A DNA stretch of 64,000 nt from an uncultured Chloroflexia bacterium (GTDB taxonomy: Bacteria; Chloroflexota; Anaerolineae; CG2-30-64-16): positions 1-64,000 of the forward strand of contig CAVZDU010000006.1 in NCBI GenBank assembly GCA_963774265.1, in the 5' to 3' direction. A model generated the notes under the pieces. It saw only the letters and a list, made by a program, of their open reading frames with translations, was not told the origin of the DNA and did not search any database. Numbering within the stretch: the first letter of the stretch is position 1; every line of letters starts with the position of its first letter. Positions 1 to 11,668 of this stretch are shown here, one piece after another. Position numbers and translations under genes: made by a program.

Positions 1-1014
1 ATGGGGAAAGTGAAATGGGGCATCATCGGCATCGGCTGGTTCGGCGAATACCACGGCGATGCGCTGGCAGGCCTGCCTAACGCTGAGATTTACAGCCTGT
101 GCACCCGCAACAAGGACCGGCTCGCCGGCGTGGGCAAGAAGTTCGGCGTATCCCGCCTGTATACCGACTACCACGAAATGCTGGCCGATCCTGACCTGGA
201 CGTCGTCAGCGTCACGACCATGTGGGACCAGCACGCTGAGCCGACCCTGGCGGCGCTGCAAGCCGGCAAACACGTCTTCCTGGAAAAACCGATGGCTTCG
301 ACCGTGGCGGATTGCGATGCCATCGTTAAGGCCGCGCGGGCATCTGACAAATATCTGATGGTGGGACACATCGTCCGCTTCAACCCGCGGTACTGGGCCG
401 CCCAACGCGAGATCGCCGCCGGCAAGATCGGCAAGATCGTCTCGATGTATGCCAGGCGCAACGTGCCGGTCTCTGTCGGGAACGCCGTGCTGCCCAAGAT
501 CGGGCCGATCATCGGCGACGGCGTGCACGACACCGACATCATGCTCTGGTATACAGGCGCCAAGATCGAGACGGCCTACGCCCAGACCCTCAACGTTCAC
601 GGGCACAAGTACCCTGACATCGGCTGGACGACATACCGGTTTGATTCGGGTGCGATCGGCGTCTGCGAGAACGTCTGGTGCATGCCGGACAACAAGGGCT
701 ACTTCCCCGATGAACGGATGGAGATCATCGGCACCGAAGGCGGCATCTACCTGCAAGAGACATATCCCAGCCTGCAGGTGGTGGACACTCACGGCTCCTA
801 CACGCCCGACCCGACCTACTGGCCCGAGATTCGGCCCGGCGTTCGCGGCGGCGCGCTGGCTGAGGAGTTGAATTACTTCCTGAACTGCATTCTCAGCGGG
901 ACACCACCGACGGTGATTACGCCCGAAGAATCCAGGGCTGCCGTGGTGGCCTGCCTGGCCGCCGAGAAATCGGCCGCGACCGGACAGATTGTCCGCGTGG
1001 CTGATATGCACTGA
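1..1014 (+). CDS. Gfo/Idh/MocA family NAD(P)-dependent oxidoreductase
   Basis: N-terminal GIIGIGWFG Rossmann motif, AGKHVFLEKP motif, GHIVRFNP and DGVHDTD. Confidence 0.9.
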   Translation: MGKVKWGIIGIGWFGEYHGDALAGLPNAEIYSLCTRNKDRLAGVGKKFGVSRLYTDYHEMLADPDLDVVSVTTMWDQHAEPTLAALQAGKHVFLEKPMASTVADCDAIVKAARASDKYLMVGHIVRFNPRYWAAQREIAAGKIGKIVSMYARRNVPVSVGNAVLPKIGPIIGDGVHDTDIMLWYTGAKIETAYAQTLNVHGHKYPDIGWTTYRFDSGAIGVCENVWCMPDNKGYFPDERMEIIGTEGGIYLQETYPSLQVVDTHGSYTPDPTYWPEIRPGVRGGALAEELNYFLNCILSGTPPTVITPEESRAAVVACLAAEKSAATGQIVRVADMH

Positions 1015-1042
1015 GGCGAGGTGTTGTGAAGATTCGTACGGC

Positions 1043-1109
1043 GTAGGGTGGGGCCACCCCGAAACAGACACTGTGCGCTGGGGACGCGGTGCTCCCCAGC
1101 GCACCCTAC
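1043..1109. repeat. REP-like intergenic palindrome (GTAG-family doublet)
   Basis: GTAGGGTG at 1043-1050 pairs with CACCCTAC at 1102-1109; nested hairpins GGGTGG/CCACCC and GTGCGCTGGGGA/TCCCCAGCGCAC. Confidence 0.55.
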
Positions 1110-1170
1110 ACAACCCTCCTCGAAGAACACATCGCGGCCCAAATTGCGTACACACGGAGTACCTGCTGCC

Positions 1171-2559
1171 ATGAAGCTCATTCCTAAAGTCGCTTTCATC
1201 GTCTTCGGCGTGCACAAAGATGGTCTGCTCGATCCGATGGGCACACCGTTTATTGACGACACACTGATCGCTCGGGCCAAAGACGCCCTGCGCCAGGCGG
1301 ATATCGAACTTGTTGAGCACGACGTCATCCTGGCGACCAAGGCCGAGGCGACGGCCTGCCTCAATAAATTCAAGAAGCAAGACGACCTGGACGCCATTGT
1401 CCTCTTCTCCGGCACATGGGTGTGGGCGGCGCACCTGGTCGCCGCGCTGCGCGATTTTGCCAGGACCGGCAAGGGGATCGTGCTCTGGACGAATCCCGGT
1501 TCGCAGGGATGGCGGCCGGTGGGCGGGTTGGTGATGCATGGGGGGCTTAAGGAGATCGGCATCGCTCACCGCTTCGTGTATGGCGGTTACGACGACCCGT
1601 ACGCCATCGAGCGCATTGCCGCGTACTGCCGCGCGAGCAGTCTGGTGAATCGATTGAACATGAGCACGGTCGGCGTGTTCGGCGGCCGCGGCATGGGGCA
1701 GACGTGCGGAGTGGCGGACCCATCGCAGTGGATGCGCGTTTTCGGCGTGGACATTGATTCGCGCGATACTACACTGCTGCTCAACACGGCCAGGGCCGTC
1801 ACGCCGGGGGAGGTCCAGGCTGCGCGAACGCACCTCCAACCCCTCTTCAGCGTTCCCATTCCCCTTGATGAGGCCTCCGAGCGCTCCATCCGCCTGTACA
1901 TAGCGCTCAAAAAACTGGTGGCGCAGGAAGGTTGGGACTTCTACACGATCCAATCCTTCCCCGGCCTTGGCGACGACTACAGTGCTACCTGTTTTGCGCA
2001 GAGCATGATGGTGCAAGACGGCGTGCCGACCGCAACCCTGAGCGATTTCAACACGACCCTATCCGTTAAGCTGTTGATGGACCTGAGCGGTGAGCGCGTC
2101 TACTACGGCGACCTGCAGCACATCGACAAGGCGACGCGGGAGATTAAGATCATCGGTGACGGCGCCTGTCCGCCCGGGCTGGCCGGTGCACTGGAGCCTG
2201 CGACCTTTGCAACGCACGGCATACCGACCGAAGGCGCCGCGGGCGGCTTATCGGTTCAATTGACGTGCCGGCCTGGCGAAGGCGTTCTGGCGCGGCTGGG
2301 TCGCGACCGGGGCGAGTTCGAGCTGGTGGTCACGCGGTGCACCGTTGCCGAACCGGCCAATGCCGAGGAGTTAGCCCGACGCAAGGCCGAGTGCGGCATC
2401 CCCTTCTGGCCCCACGCATTCGTCACCGCTCAGTGCGACATCGACGCGCTGTTGCAGGCGTGGAACAACGAGTACGCCGTGCTGGGCTACGGTGCGCATC
2501 TATATGAGGACTTGATCGCTTTCGGAGAACTGGCCGGCATTAAGGTCATTGCGCTTTAG
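1171..2559 (+). CDS. L-fucose/L-arabinose isomerase-like protein
   Basis: ATG at 1171 after GGAG; ~460 aa; C-terminal region of the FucI/AraA type (PGEGVLARL...WPHAF...NNEYAVLGYG). Confidence 0.7.
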   Translation: MKLIPKVAFIVFGVHKDGLLDPMGTPFIDDTLIARAKDALRQADIELVEHDVILATKAEATACLNKFKKQDDLDAIVLFSGTWVWAAHLVAALRDFARTGKGIVLWTNPGSQGWRPVGGLVMHGGLKEIGIAHRFVYGGYDDPYAIERIAAYCRASSLVNRLNMSTVGVFGGRGMGQTCGVADPSQWMRVFGVDIDSRDTTLLLNTARAVTPGEVQAARTHLQPLFSVPIPLDEASERSIRLYIALKKLVAQEGWDFYTIQSFPGLGDDYSATCFAQSMMVQDGVPTATLSDFNTTLSVKLLMDLSGERVYYGDLQHIDKATREIKIIGDGACPPGLAGALEPATFATHGIPTEGAAGGLSVQLTCRPGEGVLARLGRDRGEFELVVTRCTVAEPANAEELARRKAECGIPFWPHAFVTAQCDIDALLQAWNNEYAVLGYGAHLYEDLIAFGELAGIKVIAL

Positions 2560-2673
2560 ATGCAGCACGCGCTGGGTGTCTGATGCCGAAGAGCCACATA
2601 AACGATCATGACTATTGGCCAGTTAGGACAAGTAAGTTAAACTGTAAACCACTTTTAAGGAGGGAATGAACCC

Positions 2674-4051
2674 ATGTCCGACCAATCTTCTACCCAACCC
2701 AAGGTCAACCGCCGCGAGTTCCTGCGGCTGACCGCCCTCACCGGCGCCGGCCTGATCGCAGCCGGTTGCGCGCCGGCTGCCGCGCCGGCCCCGGCGGCCA
2801 CTTCAGCGCCCGCAGCGGCGGCCGCCACCGCTGCGCCGGCCGTTGTCAAAGCGAAAGCACCGATTCGGCTGGTCGTCATGGACTACGACGAGAAGATGCG
2901 GCCCGACACCCAGGCGCTGATCGATCAGTTCAACGCCAGCCAGGGTGAAATCGAGGTCAAGCTGGACGTCTACAGCTGGAACGATGGTCATGACACCCTG
3001 GTGACCCAGATTTCCGGCGGTCAGGCGCCCGATCTCGCCAACGGCAACTCGCAGTGGCTGGGCGAGTGGGCCGGCATCAACGAGGTGCAGTCGCTGACCG
3101 CGCTGCTGCCCAAGGACTTCCTCGCAGGCTTCGTGCCCGCGGGCCTCAACGCGTTTACGGTCAAGGACCAGCTCATGGCCATGCCCTACTTCCTTGATCC
3201 ACGCGCCACGTACTACCGTAAGGACCTGTTCGATAAGGCCGGTCTGAAACCGCCGGAGACGTGGGATGATCTGACTGCTGCCGCCGTGGCGTTGCACGCA
3301 CCGCCCGACATGACCGGCATCGGTCTGGCCTTCTCCCGCAAGTCGGATGACATGGATTACTGGTGGTACGCGTGGCTCGGCGCCAACGGCGCGGACGCGA
3401 AGCTCAGCCTGTGGGATGAGCAAGGCAAGAGCCGCTTCAACACCCCCGAGGGGATCGCCGCCACCCAATTCCTGGTGGACCTGGCGCAGAAGCACAAGGT
3501 GACCAACGCCGACATCCCCACTGCCAGCCGCGATGGCGACCTCCAGCCGCTCTTCTATGCCGGCAAGTTGGCGATTCTGCAGACCGGCTCCTGGTTCCCG
3601 ACACTGCTGAAGAATAATGCGCCGGACATGAAATACGGCATCGCGCCGATCCCGGTCGCCAAGGCCGGTATGAAGCCGGTCACCGCGTTCTGGCCCGACT
3701 GCGTGATGATGTTCAAGCAGTCGAAACACCCGAAAGAAGCGGCCAAGTTCCTGCAGTGGATGTTCAACAAGGAGAACCGGCTGCTCTTCGCCAAACAGCG
3801 CGGCGTCATCCCGGAGCGCATCGATGTGGGCACGGATCCGGCGTACGCGGTCAGCGACATCGAGAAGTTCTTTGTCGGGCAACTCGCCACGGCATACAAC
3901 GCGTACGAGTCGCCTTTCCCCAACACGCTGTACAAGGTCTACACCGAGGCCGAAAATCTGGTGGGCCAGCGCGTGCATGGGAGAGATTTCGGCAGAAGAA
4001 GCGATGAAGCAGGCTGCGGCGTACGCCGATAAGACGAACGGATTGGCATAA
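2674..4051 (+). CDS. Sugar ABC transporter substrate-binding lipoprotein with Tat signal (frameshift near 3975)
   Basis: AGGAGG RBS; NRREFL twin-arginine motif, LIAAGC lipobox, PA-rich linker, YYRKDLF...PETWDDL; the C-terminus continues in ORF 3824..4051. Confidence 0.9.
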
Positions 4052-4128
4052 CGAGACCGTTCCGCCCGGCTCCTTTACTCAACGACGCGTATGGGAGCCG
4101 GGCAGGTTGGTTCAGGACTTCACCGCCT

Positions 4129-5077
4129 ATGACCTCATACGCAGAACCGCTTGATAGCACTGGCCTGATGGAGGAGAAGGAGCCGTGGCTGACGCGCGTG
4201 CGTGCCGATCTGCGCGAGAACCGGACGGCCTATCTGTTGCTCCTGCCCAGTGTGTTGGCCTTTCTGGCGCTTGTCATCTTCCCGCTGATCAACACCATGT
4301 CGGGCGCCTTCGCCAACACCGACGCAGTCGGCCGCGTCACCGTCGTTCGGTACACTGGCGAACTTTCGGGAGTTGCTCCGCGATCCCTACATGCCGGGCA
4401 TCCTGCGACAGACCTTCATCTTTGTCTTCGGCACCGTGATACTGACCGTCGTCGTCTCCTTCCCCCTGGCGCTCATCTTCAACGAGCGCTTCCCCGGCGC
4501 AGCGATCGCCAAGGGGATCCTGTTGCTGCCGTGGGCCGCGCCGCTGGCAATCTCCGCCATGACCTGGCGTTGGATCTTCCACGATCAGCTCGGTGCGCTC
4601 AACTATCTCTTGCACCTGATGGGCCTCATTGACCAGAACATCGTCTGGCTGACGGACGCCAGGCTCGCCCTTGCCGCGGTGATGTTCGTGGAGGTCTGGT
4701 CGTCGATGCCATTCATGACCATCACCTTTTGGCCGGGCTGCAGTCCATCCCGCCGCACATCTACGACGCGGCCAAGATGGACGGGGCCAATCCCTGGCAC
4801 GAGTTGTGGGACATGACGATCCCGCAGATGAAGCGGATCTTCATGATCGTCGTCGCTGCTGTCGGTGATCTGGGCCTTTCGCTCCTTCACCGTCATCTGG
4901 ACTATGACGCAGGGCAACCCGTTCTATCGCACCGACATCTCGGTGACCTACCTCTACAAGCTGGCGTTCAAGAACCTGACCTTCGGGCAGGGGTTTGCGC
5001 TGGCATTTGTCACCTTCCTGCTGCTGGTCGTCTTCAGCGTCATCTACACGCGCGTCCTGCGCAGCGAGGAGGGATGA
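4129..5077 (+). CDS. Carbohydrate ABC transporter permease (frameshifted)
   Basis: Joined from ORFs 4129, 4373, 4729 and 4865; transmembrane segments and EAA loop (LQSIPPHIYDAAKMDGA). Confidence 0.85.
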
Positions 5078-5913
5078 CGATGAACGGCCTCCGCACGCTC
5101 CGCATGGCTTTCGATCATCTTCTTCCTGATCCCGATGCTGCTCTGATCCTGCTTTTCCCGTTCATCGTGATGATCTCGACGTCCTTCAAGACGCTGCAGG
5201 AGGTCAGCCAGATGCCGCCCACCTTCATCCCGCGCGCGCCGACGCTGGAGAACTACCGTGATGTCTGGAACATCATCCCGCTGGCCAAGCATTTCCGCAA
5301 CAGCTTCCTGCTGGGCGTCGGCGAGATGGCGCTGGTTCTGTTGCTGGGCATCCCGGCCGCCTATTCGCTGTGCCGGTTCCGCTTCGCCGGCCGCGGCCCG
5401 TACATGATCTTCCTGCTGTTCACGCAGATGTTCCCGCCGGTGGTGGTGATCCTGGGGATCTTCCGCCTGGTGGCCGCCTACGGGCTGGTGGACAACCTGG
5501 CCGTGGTCGCGGTGATCGCAGCCGCGTTCAACCTGGCGTTCTGCATCTGGCTGCTGACCGGCTATTTCTCGGCCATCCCGCCGGAAATCGAGGAGGCCGC
5601 CATGATGGACGGCCACTCGCGACTGGGCGCCATGCTGAAGATGACGCTGCCCCTCTCGTGGCCGGGCCTGGTGGCCGTGGCGATCTTCGCCTTCATGGAC
5701 GGCTGGAACGAGTTCCTCTTCTCGCTGACCTTTATCCGCACGCAGGACTACCTGCCATTGACCATCGGCCTGTTCCGGTTCAACACTCGCTTCCAGATCC
5801 AGTGGCACAATCTGATGACCGGTTCATTCCTGGCGACCGTCGTGGTGGTTGCACTGTTCATGCTGGTGCAGGACAAGCTGACTCGGGGCATGGTCGCCAT
5901 TGGGGAGAAATAG
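5074..5913 (+). CDS. Carbohydrate ABC transporter permease
   Basis: [11 protein letters not shown] motif, WNEFLFSL, multiple transmembrane helices. Confidence 0.9.
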   Translation: MTMNGLRTLRMAFDHLLPDPDAALILLFPFIVMISTSFKTLQEVSQMPPTFIPRAPTLENYRDVWNIIPLAKHFRNSFLLGVGEMALVLLLGIPAAYSLCRFRFAGRGPYMIFLLFTQMFPPVVVILGIFRLVAAYGLVDNLAVVAVIAAAFNLAFCIWLLTGYFSAIPPEIEEAAMMDGHSRLGAMLKMTLPLSWPGLVAVAIFAFMDGWNEFLFSLTFIRTQDYLPLTIGLFRFNTRFQIQWHNLMTGSFLATVVVVALFMLVQDKLTRGMVAIGEK

Positions 5914-5914
5914 G

Positions 5915-7048
5915 ATGAGCGTTGTCGTTTGCAGGAATCTGGTCAAACGCTTCGCCGATACGCTGGCCGTGGACCACGTCAACGTCGAAATCAACGACGG
6001 CGAGTTCATGGTGTTCGTCGGCCCATCCGGCTGCGGCAAGACCACCACCTTGCGCATGATCGGCGGGCTGGAGACGGTGTCCGCCGGGCGAGATTCTCAT
6101 CGACGATAAGGTGGTGAACAACGTGGCCCCGCGGCATCGCGACATCGCCATGGTGTTCCAGAACTACGCGCTCTACCCGCACAAGAAGGTGTTCGACAAT
6201 ATCGCCTACCCCCTCAAGCTGCACGGCGTATCCAAGGCGGAGATCAAGCAGCGCGTGGGTGAAGCCGCGCGCCTGCTGGACATCGAGCGCCTGCTGGATC
6301 GCTGGCCGCGGCAGCTCTCCGGCGGCGAGCGGCAGCGCGTTGCACTGGGGCGCGCGATCGTGCGCAAACCCCGCCTCTATCTGATGGACGAGCCGCTGAG
6401 CAACCTCGATGCCAAGCTGCGCGTCCAGATGCGTCGCGAGATCATCCGCTTGCAGCGCGTGCTGGGCACCACGACGATCTACGTCACGCACGACCAGGTC
6501 GAGGCCATGACGATGGGCGATCGGATCATGGTCCTCCGGAACGGCCGCATCCAGCAGATCGGCGCGCCCGAACAGCTCTACAATGCGCCGGCCAACATCT
6601 TTGTCGCCGGCTTCATCGGCAGCCCGGCGATGAACATCTCGCCCGGCCGGCTGGAGTGGGACGGGAACGGCGTTGCGCTGCGCACGCGCAGCGGGTCGCT
6701 GCCGCTGCCCCCACAGACGGCTGCCCGCCTGCGCTCCGATGCTTCTGCCGAGGCCGGGCCACGCGAGGTCATGTGGGGCATCCGGGCCGAGGATATCCTG
6801 CTGACCGCACCGCCCGCGGAGGCAGGCGCGGCGGCGCTCTCGCACCGGACGGGGCAAGCCTGCGGGCTACCGTCGACCTGGTGGAGGGCCTGGGCTCCGA
6901 CGCCTATGTCAGCCTTACACTCAGCGGCGACAACCTCGTCGTCCGCACCCCGGCCGATGCCCGGCCCAACGAAGGCGAGACCGTGGGCGTGCAGATCAAT
7001 CTCAACAAGATCCATTTGTTCGACTTGAAGACCGAGGCGGCTTTGTAG
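5915..7048 (+). CDS. MalK/UgpC-like ABC ATP-binding protein (frameshifted)
   Basis: Walker [10 protein letters not shown], signature LSGGERQR, Walker [20 protein letters not shown]-like C-terminus. Confidence 0.92.
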
Positions 7049-7072
7049 CGCGGGAATCGGAGGAGCCGCAAG

Positions 7073-7972
7073 ATGAGCTTCATCTCGCCTGAATCTCTTC
7101 TCAGATGGTGCCGGGTCCCCGTTGGGGACCTGGCCGCCCACCCCGACGCGGCGCGTCGCTTTTCGCCTCTGCGCGGATTCGGCCGAGATGGGCGCGCTCA
7201 TGGCGCGCGAGCTGGTCGACGAGATTCAGGCGCACAACGCGCAGGGCGAGCCGACGCGCGCCATCATCCCCTGCGGGCCGAGCTGCTGGTACCAGGCCGT
7301 TCACCGACCTGGTCAACCGCGAGCGAGTCAGCCTGCGGGACCTGGTGGTCTTCCACATGGACGAATGCCTGGACTGGCAGGGCCGCGAACTGCCGCGGCG
7401 CCATCCCTACAGCTTCCGCGGCTTCATGGAGGAGCACTTCTACGGGCCGGTCGACCCGGAACTGGCCGTGCCCGAAGAGAACCGGGTCTGGCTCAACGGG
7501 CGCAACGTCGACGACGTGCGCGAGCGCATCTGGGCCGCGCCGATCGACATCACCTACGGCGGCTGGGGGCAGGACGGGCACGTCGCCTACAACCAGGCGC
7601 GGCGCCACCCGTTCAGCCACGTGACGCTCGACGACGTCCGCGAGTCCACCATCCGGGTGCAGGAGAACAACCTGGACACGATCATCGCGCTGGCCCAGCG
7701 GACCTTCGGCGCGGCCTACCAGTTCGTGCCGCCGATGTCGGTGACGCTCGGCGTGAAGGAGTGCCTGTCCGCGGCCAAGGTGCGGCTCTTCAGCGACACC
7801 GGCGCGTGGAAGCAGACGGCGCTGCGGGTGGCCCTGTTCAGCCCGCCGACGCCCGAGTATCCGATCACCCTGCTGCAGGAGCATCCCGACGCGCTGATCA
7901 CGGCGACGGTGGACACGGCGCGGCATCCCGTGAGCGAGCATCCGGAGTGGGATGTTGGGCGCTGCGACGTGA
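7073..7972 (+). CDS. Glucosamine-6-phosphate deaminase/isomerase-like protein, NagB fold (frameshifted; end approximate)
   Basis: IIPCGP, VFHMDECLD, YGGWGQDGHVAYN and YPITLLQEHPD motifs. Confidence 0.75.
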
Positions 7973-7991
7973 GCCGCGGACTCCATCAACT

Positions 7992-9029
7992 ATGCAGACG
8001 TGCGTTTTCGACGCGCATGATCGGCACCGGCGGCATCGGCTCGGGCCGCTTCTTTGCGCTGGACGGCAACCACACGCTCGGCCGCGAGGAGAGCCGCAGC
8101 GGCCGCTTCCTCGACCGGCGCGACTACTGCAAGCTGCACATCGTCAGCCACTACGTCCGACCGCTGCTGGGGCCGAGCTTCACGGCCATTGCTATCGGGC
8201 AAGGTCGGCGCGGACGAGACGGGCGACGCGGCTGCTGGCCGAGATGGCCGCCGCGGGCTGGACGTGCGCTACGTCAGCCCGCGGTGCAGGCGAGCAGACG
8301 CTGTTCGCACTCTGCCTGGTCTATCCCGACGGCAGCGGCGGCAACCTGACCGCGAACGACTCGGCCTGCGCGGCACGTGGATGCCGGCGCCGTCGCGGCC
8401 GCGCGAGCCTGAGTTCGCGCGCTTCGCCGGCCGCGGCATCGCGCTGGCGCTGCCTGAGGTGCCCCTGGCCGCGCGGCGGAAACTGCTGGCGTTGGGCGCC
8501 GGGCATGGCTTCTTGCGGGTGGCGTCGTTCACCACCGCCGAGATCCTGGAGTTGGCCGGTGAGTTGGGCGACGTGGACTTGCTGGCCCTGAACCTGGATG
8601 AAGCCGCCGCGCTGGCGAAGGTTTCCGTCGACACGGGCGAACCTGAGGCCATCGTGAGCGCCGCGTTGGCACAGATCGGTCCCGAGACGATGCTCACCGT
8701 CACTGCAGGCGCCAGGGGAAGCTGGTCGTGGGATGGGACGACGCTGGCCCACCTGCCTGCACTGCCCGTGCCCGTGGTCAGCACCGCGGGCGCCGGGGAC
8801 GCGCATCTGGCCGGGACCCTGGTGGGATTGGCGGCCGGGCTACCCCTGCCGGCCAGCGCATCAGCTCGGCGCGCTGGTCGCTGCGGTCGCGATTACATCA
8901 CCGCACACCATCCACGATCAGCTCGACTGGGCCGCGCTGCGGGCCTGCGCGGCGGCTGCTGACTTTCCCCTGGCTGATGCCACGCGGGAGCTCTTAGCGA
9001 TGCCCCGATATAGGACATCGCTCAACTAG
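7992..9029 (+). CDS. PfkB family carbohydrate kinase (frameshifted; start approximate)
   Basis: GKVGADETG, LNLDEA, VTAGARG and the PfkB signature VVSTAGAGDAHLAG. Confidence 0.8.
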
Positions 9030-9101
9030 AAGCAAGGCTCACGGAACCGGTGAGCAACAACTTAGCCGTGACTTGCCAGACAAGAAGGGAGACGCGAACA
9101 G

Positions 9102-10271
9102 ATGCGCACCACGATCATCCCGGATTCCGATTTTGAGGACCGCGTCAGGCGCCTGCAACTGGAGCTGGCGCGAGCCAACCTGGACGTGCTGGTCACCTAC
9201 TCGTCCGAGTCCGAGCCGGCCAGCAGCCGTTACCTGGCCGACTTCTGGCCCTTCTTCGATTTTGCCGGCGTGATCGTGCCGCGCGAGGGCGCGCCGGCGC
9301 TGGTCACCGGCGGGCCGGAGTCGTACGAGTTCGCCAGGCAGTTCTCGCGCATCAAGAACATCCACATCCATCCGCTCTTCGTCGAAAGCTCCGCGCCCGA
9401 CTGGGTGCCGCCGGTGACCTACGAGGATTTCGCCTCGATCCTCAAGGCGGTCTGCGGCCGTCTGCCGGTGCGGATCGGCGTGGCCGACTGGAACATCTTC
9501 CCACACCCCATCTTCGCCGACCTGCAGCGCGCCGCGGCCGGGGCCGAGATCGTGCCGGCTGACGAGGTGCTGCTCCGCGCCAAGTGCATCAAGTCGCCCT
9601 ACGAGATCGCCGCGATCCGCCAGGCCTACTGGATCACCGAGCAGGCGATGATCGACGTGCTCGACTCGGTGGCTGAGGGGCAGGCGGAGTGGGAGATCGA
9701 AGCGCGCGCGCACACGACCATGCGCCGGCTCGGCGCGGAGGGGACATCGTACCCGATCTGGGTCTGCTCGGGGCCGAACACCCATCAGAGCCTGTGCCGC
9801 TCCACCAACCGGCGCATCAGGCGCAACGAGCTGGTGCAGCTCACCTTCGGCGCGCGGCACATGGGTTACTGCGGCAACATGTGCCGGCCCTTCGCCATCG
9901 GCAAGGCGCCGGAGCGCGCCCGCACCCTGATGAGCGTGGCGTTGGAAGGGGTCCACGGCGCGCTGCGCGACATCCGGCCCGGCGTGCCCTGCCAAGACCG
10001 TCTTCCGACAACTACTACGACACCCTGGCGAAGGTACGGTTTCGAGCAGTTCACGCTCTACGGCCCGGCCCACGGCACCGGGTCGTCCGAGGTGGAAGGA
10101 CTCTGGCTGGGCGCCGGCAGCGATCTGATCATCCAGCCCGGCATGCAGTTCAACATCGACGTCTGGCTGAACGACGGCGAGTACGGCCTGCGCTACGAGG
10201 ACGGCATCGTCGTGACCGACGACGGCATCGAGGAGCTGACGTCGTACCGGCGGGAGATCATCGAGCTGTAG
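9102..10271 (+). CDS. Xaa-Pro peptidase family (M24) protein
   Basis: Creatinase-like N-terminus, IKSPYEI, HGTG and GLRYEDGIVVT. Confidence 0.85.
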   Translation: MRTTIIPDSDFEDRVRRLQLELARANLDVLVTYSSESEPASSRYLADFWPFFDFAGVIVPREGAPALVTGGPESYEFARQFSRIKNIHIHPLFVESSAPDWVPPVTYEDFASILKAVCGRLPVRIGVADWNIFPHPIFADLQRAAAGAEIVPADEVLLRAKCIKSPYEIAAIRQAYWITEQAMIDVLDSVAEGQAEWEIEARAHTTMRRLGAEGTSYPIWVCSGPNTHQSLCRSTNRRIRRNELVQLTFGARHMGYCGNMCRPFAIGKAPERARTLMSVALEGVHGALRDIRPGVPCQDRLPTTTTTPWRRYGFEQFTLYGPAHGTGSSEVEGLWLGAGSDLIIQPGMQFNIDVWLNDGEYGLRYEDGIVVTDDGIEELTSYRREIIEL

Positions 10272-10348
10272 CATGGCTGGACAATAGCGATAGACCGTGG
10301 TCTGCATGTGAATCGCTACGCATGCCATTCGTCTCACGGGATGCATCC

Positions 10349-11649
10349 ATGGACTCGCACGTTCGCGCACGAGCTGCTGACGAGTACCGGGACGAGATCA
10401 TCCAGGTGGTGCAGGACCTCATCCGCATGCCGTCGCGGAACATGCCGCCCGGCGGCGAGGAGCTGGCCTGCCAGGAGTACCTCGCCGAGCTACCTGCGGC
10501 AGCGCCGGCCTGGCCGTCGATCTGTACGAGCCGGACCAGGTGCCCGGCTTGGTGGAGCATCCGGCGTACTGGCCGGGGCGCGACTACCGCAACCGGCCCA
10601 ACCTGCACTCGCACCTGCCGGGCCGGGGCGGCGGCCGCTCGCTGCTGCTGACCGGTCACGTCGACACCGTGGCGCTCGGCGACAACGTCTGGACCCACCC
10701 GCCCTTCGCCGCCGAGATCCACGACGGCAAGCTGTACGGCCTGGGCAGCGATCGACATGAAGGGCGCGATGGGCGCGATGGCGGTGCTGTACAAGGCCAT
10801 CGCGGAGAAGGGCGTGCGCCTGAAGGGCGCGCTGAACTATGAGTGCGTGGTGGACGAGGAGGAGGGCGGCGTCAACGCCACCATCGCCGGCCGGCTGCGC
10901 TACGGCGCGGTGGACGGTGCGCTGATCCCCGAGGGCACCGACCTGAAGATCTACCCGGCGGCGCGCGGCGCGCTGATCACCGACTTCATCTTCAGCAGCA
11001 CCAAGGGCACCTGGCTGGACGTCGGCAAGAGCGCCGCAAAGACGGCCGATGCCGTCAAGCAGATCGGGCTCTTCCTGACCCACATCGACGAGCTGAGCGC
11101 GATCCGCCGCCAGCATCCGGTGCACTCCGCTCTACGCCAGCTATCCCGACCCGGTGCCCGGTGCAGGTGACGAAGGTCTACGCCGGCGGCTGGGGCAACC
11201 AGGTGCCGATCGCGGTGCCGCCCGAAGGCCGCATCGAGCTGATCATGCAGACGCTGCCCGGCGAGACGCGGGAAGCGGTGTACAAGGAGATGACCGACTG
11301 GCTGGACAGCGTGATCGCCCGCCATGAGGACGCCTTCGTCACCCGGCCCGAGATCCGCCATCGCATCCGCTGGATGGTGCCGACGGCCATCGCGCCGGAC
11401 CATCCGCTGGTGACGACCATGACGGACAGTGCGCTCGGCAGGTGCTCGGGAGCGATCCGCCAGGTGCTGGGCGCGCCCTTCGCCTGCGACATGTTCGCCC
11501 TGCAGCAGATCTTCAACATCCCGGGCATCATCTTCGGCCCGACCGGCGCCAACGCCCACGCGGCGGACGAATACGTCGATCTGGAGAGCCTGTTCGCCTT
11601 CTGGGAGGTTTTGCTGCTGTTCGTGATCGACTGGTGTGGCGTCGAATGA
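10349..11649 (+). CDS. M20 family ArgE/DapE-like deacylase (frameshifted)
   Basis: LLTGHVDTV, KLYGLGS-DMKG, VDEEEGG and FGPTGANAHAADEYV. Confidence 0.85.
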
Positions 11650-11668
11650 CGCTCTTGCGAAATTACGG

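Noticed and set aside
7105-8349. Apparent NagB-PfkB fusion ORF
   Set aside because: A single-base change gives a stop at ~7972, and the region is indel-rich, so the fusion is probably an artefact.
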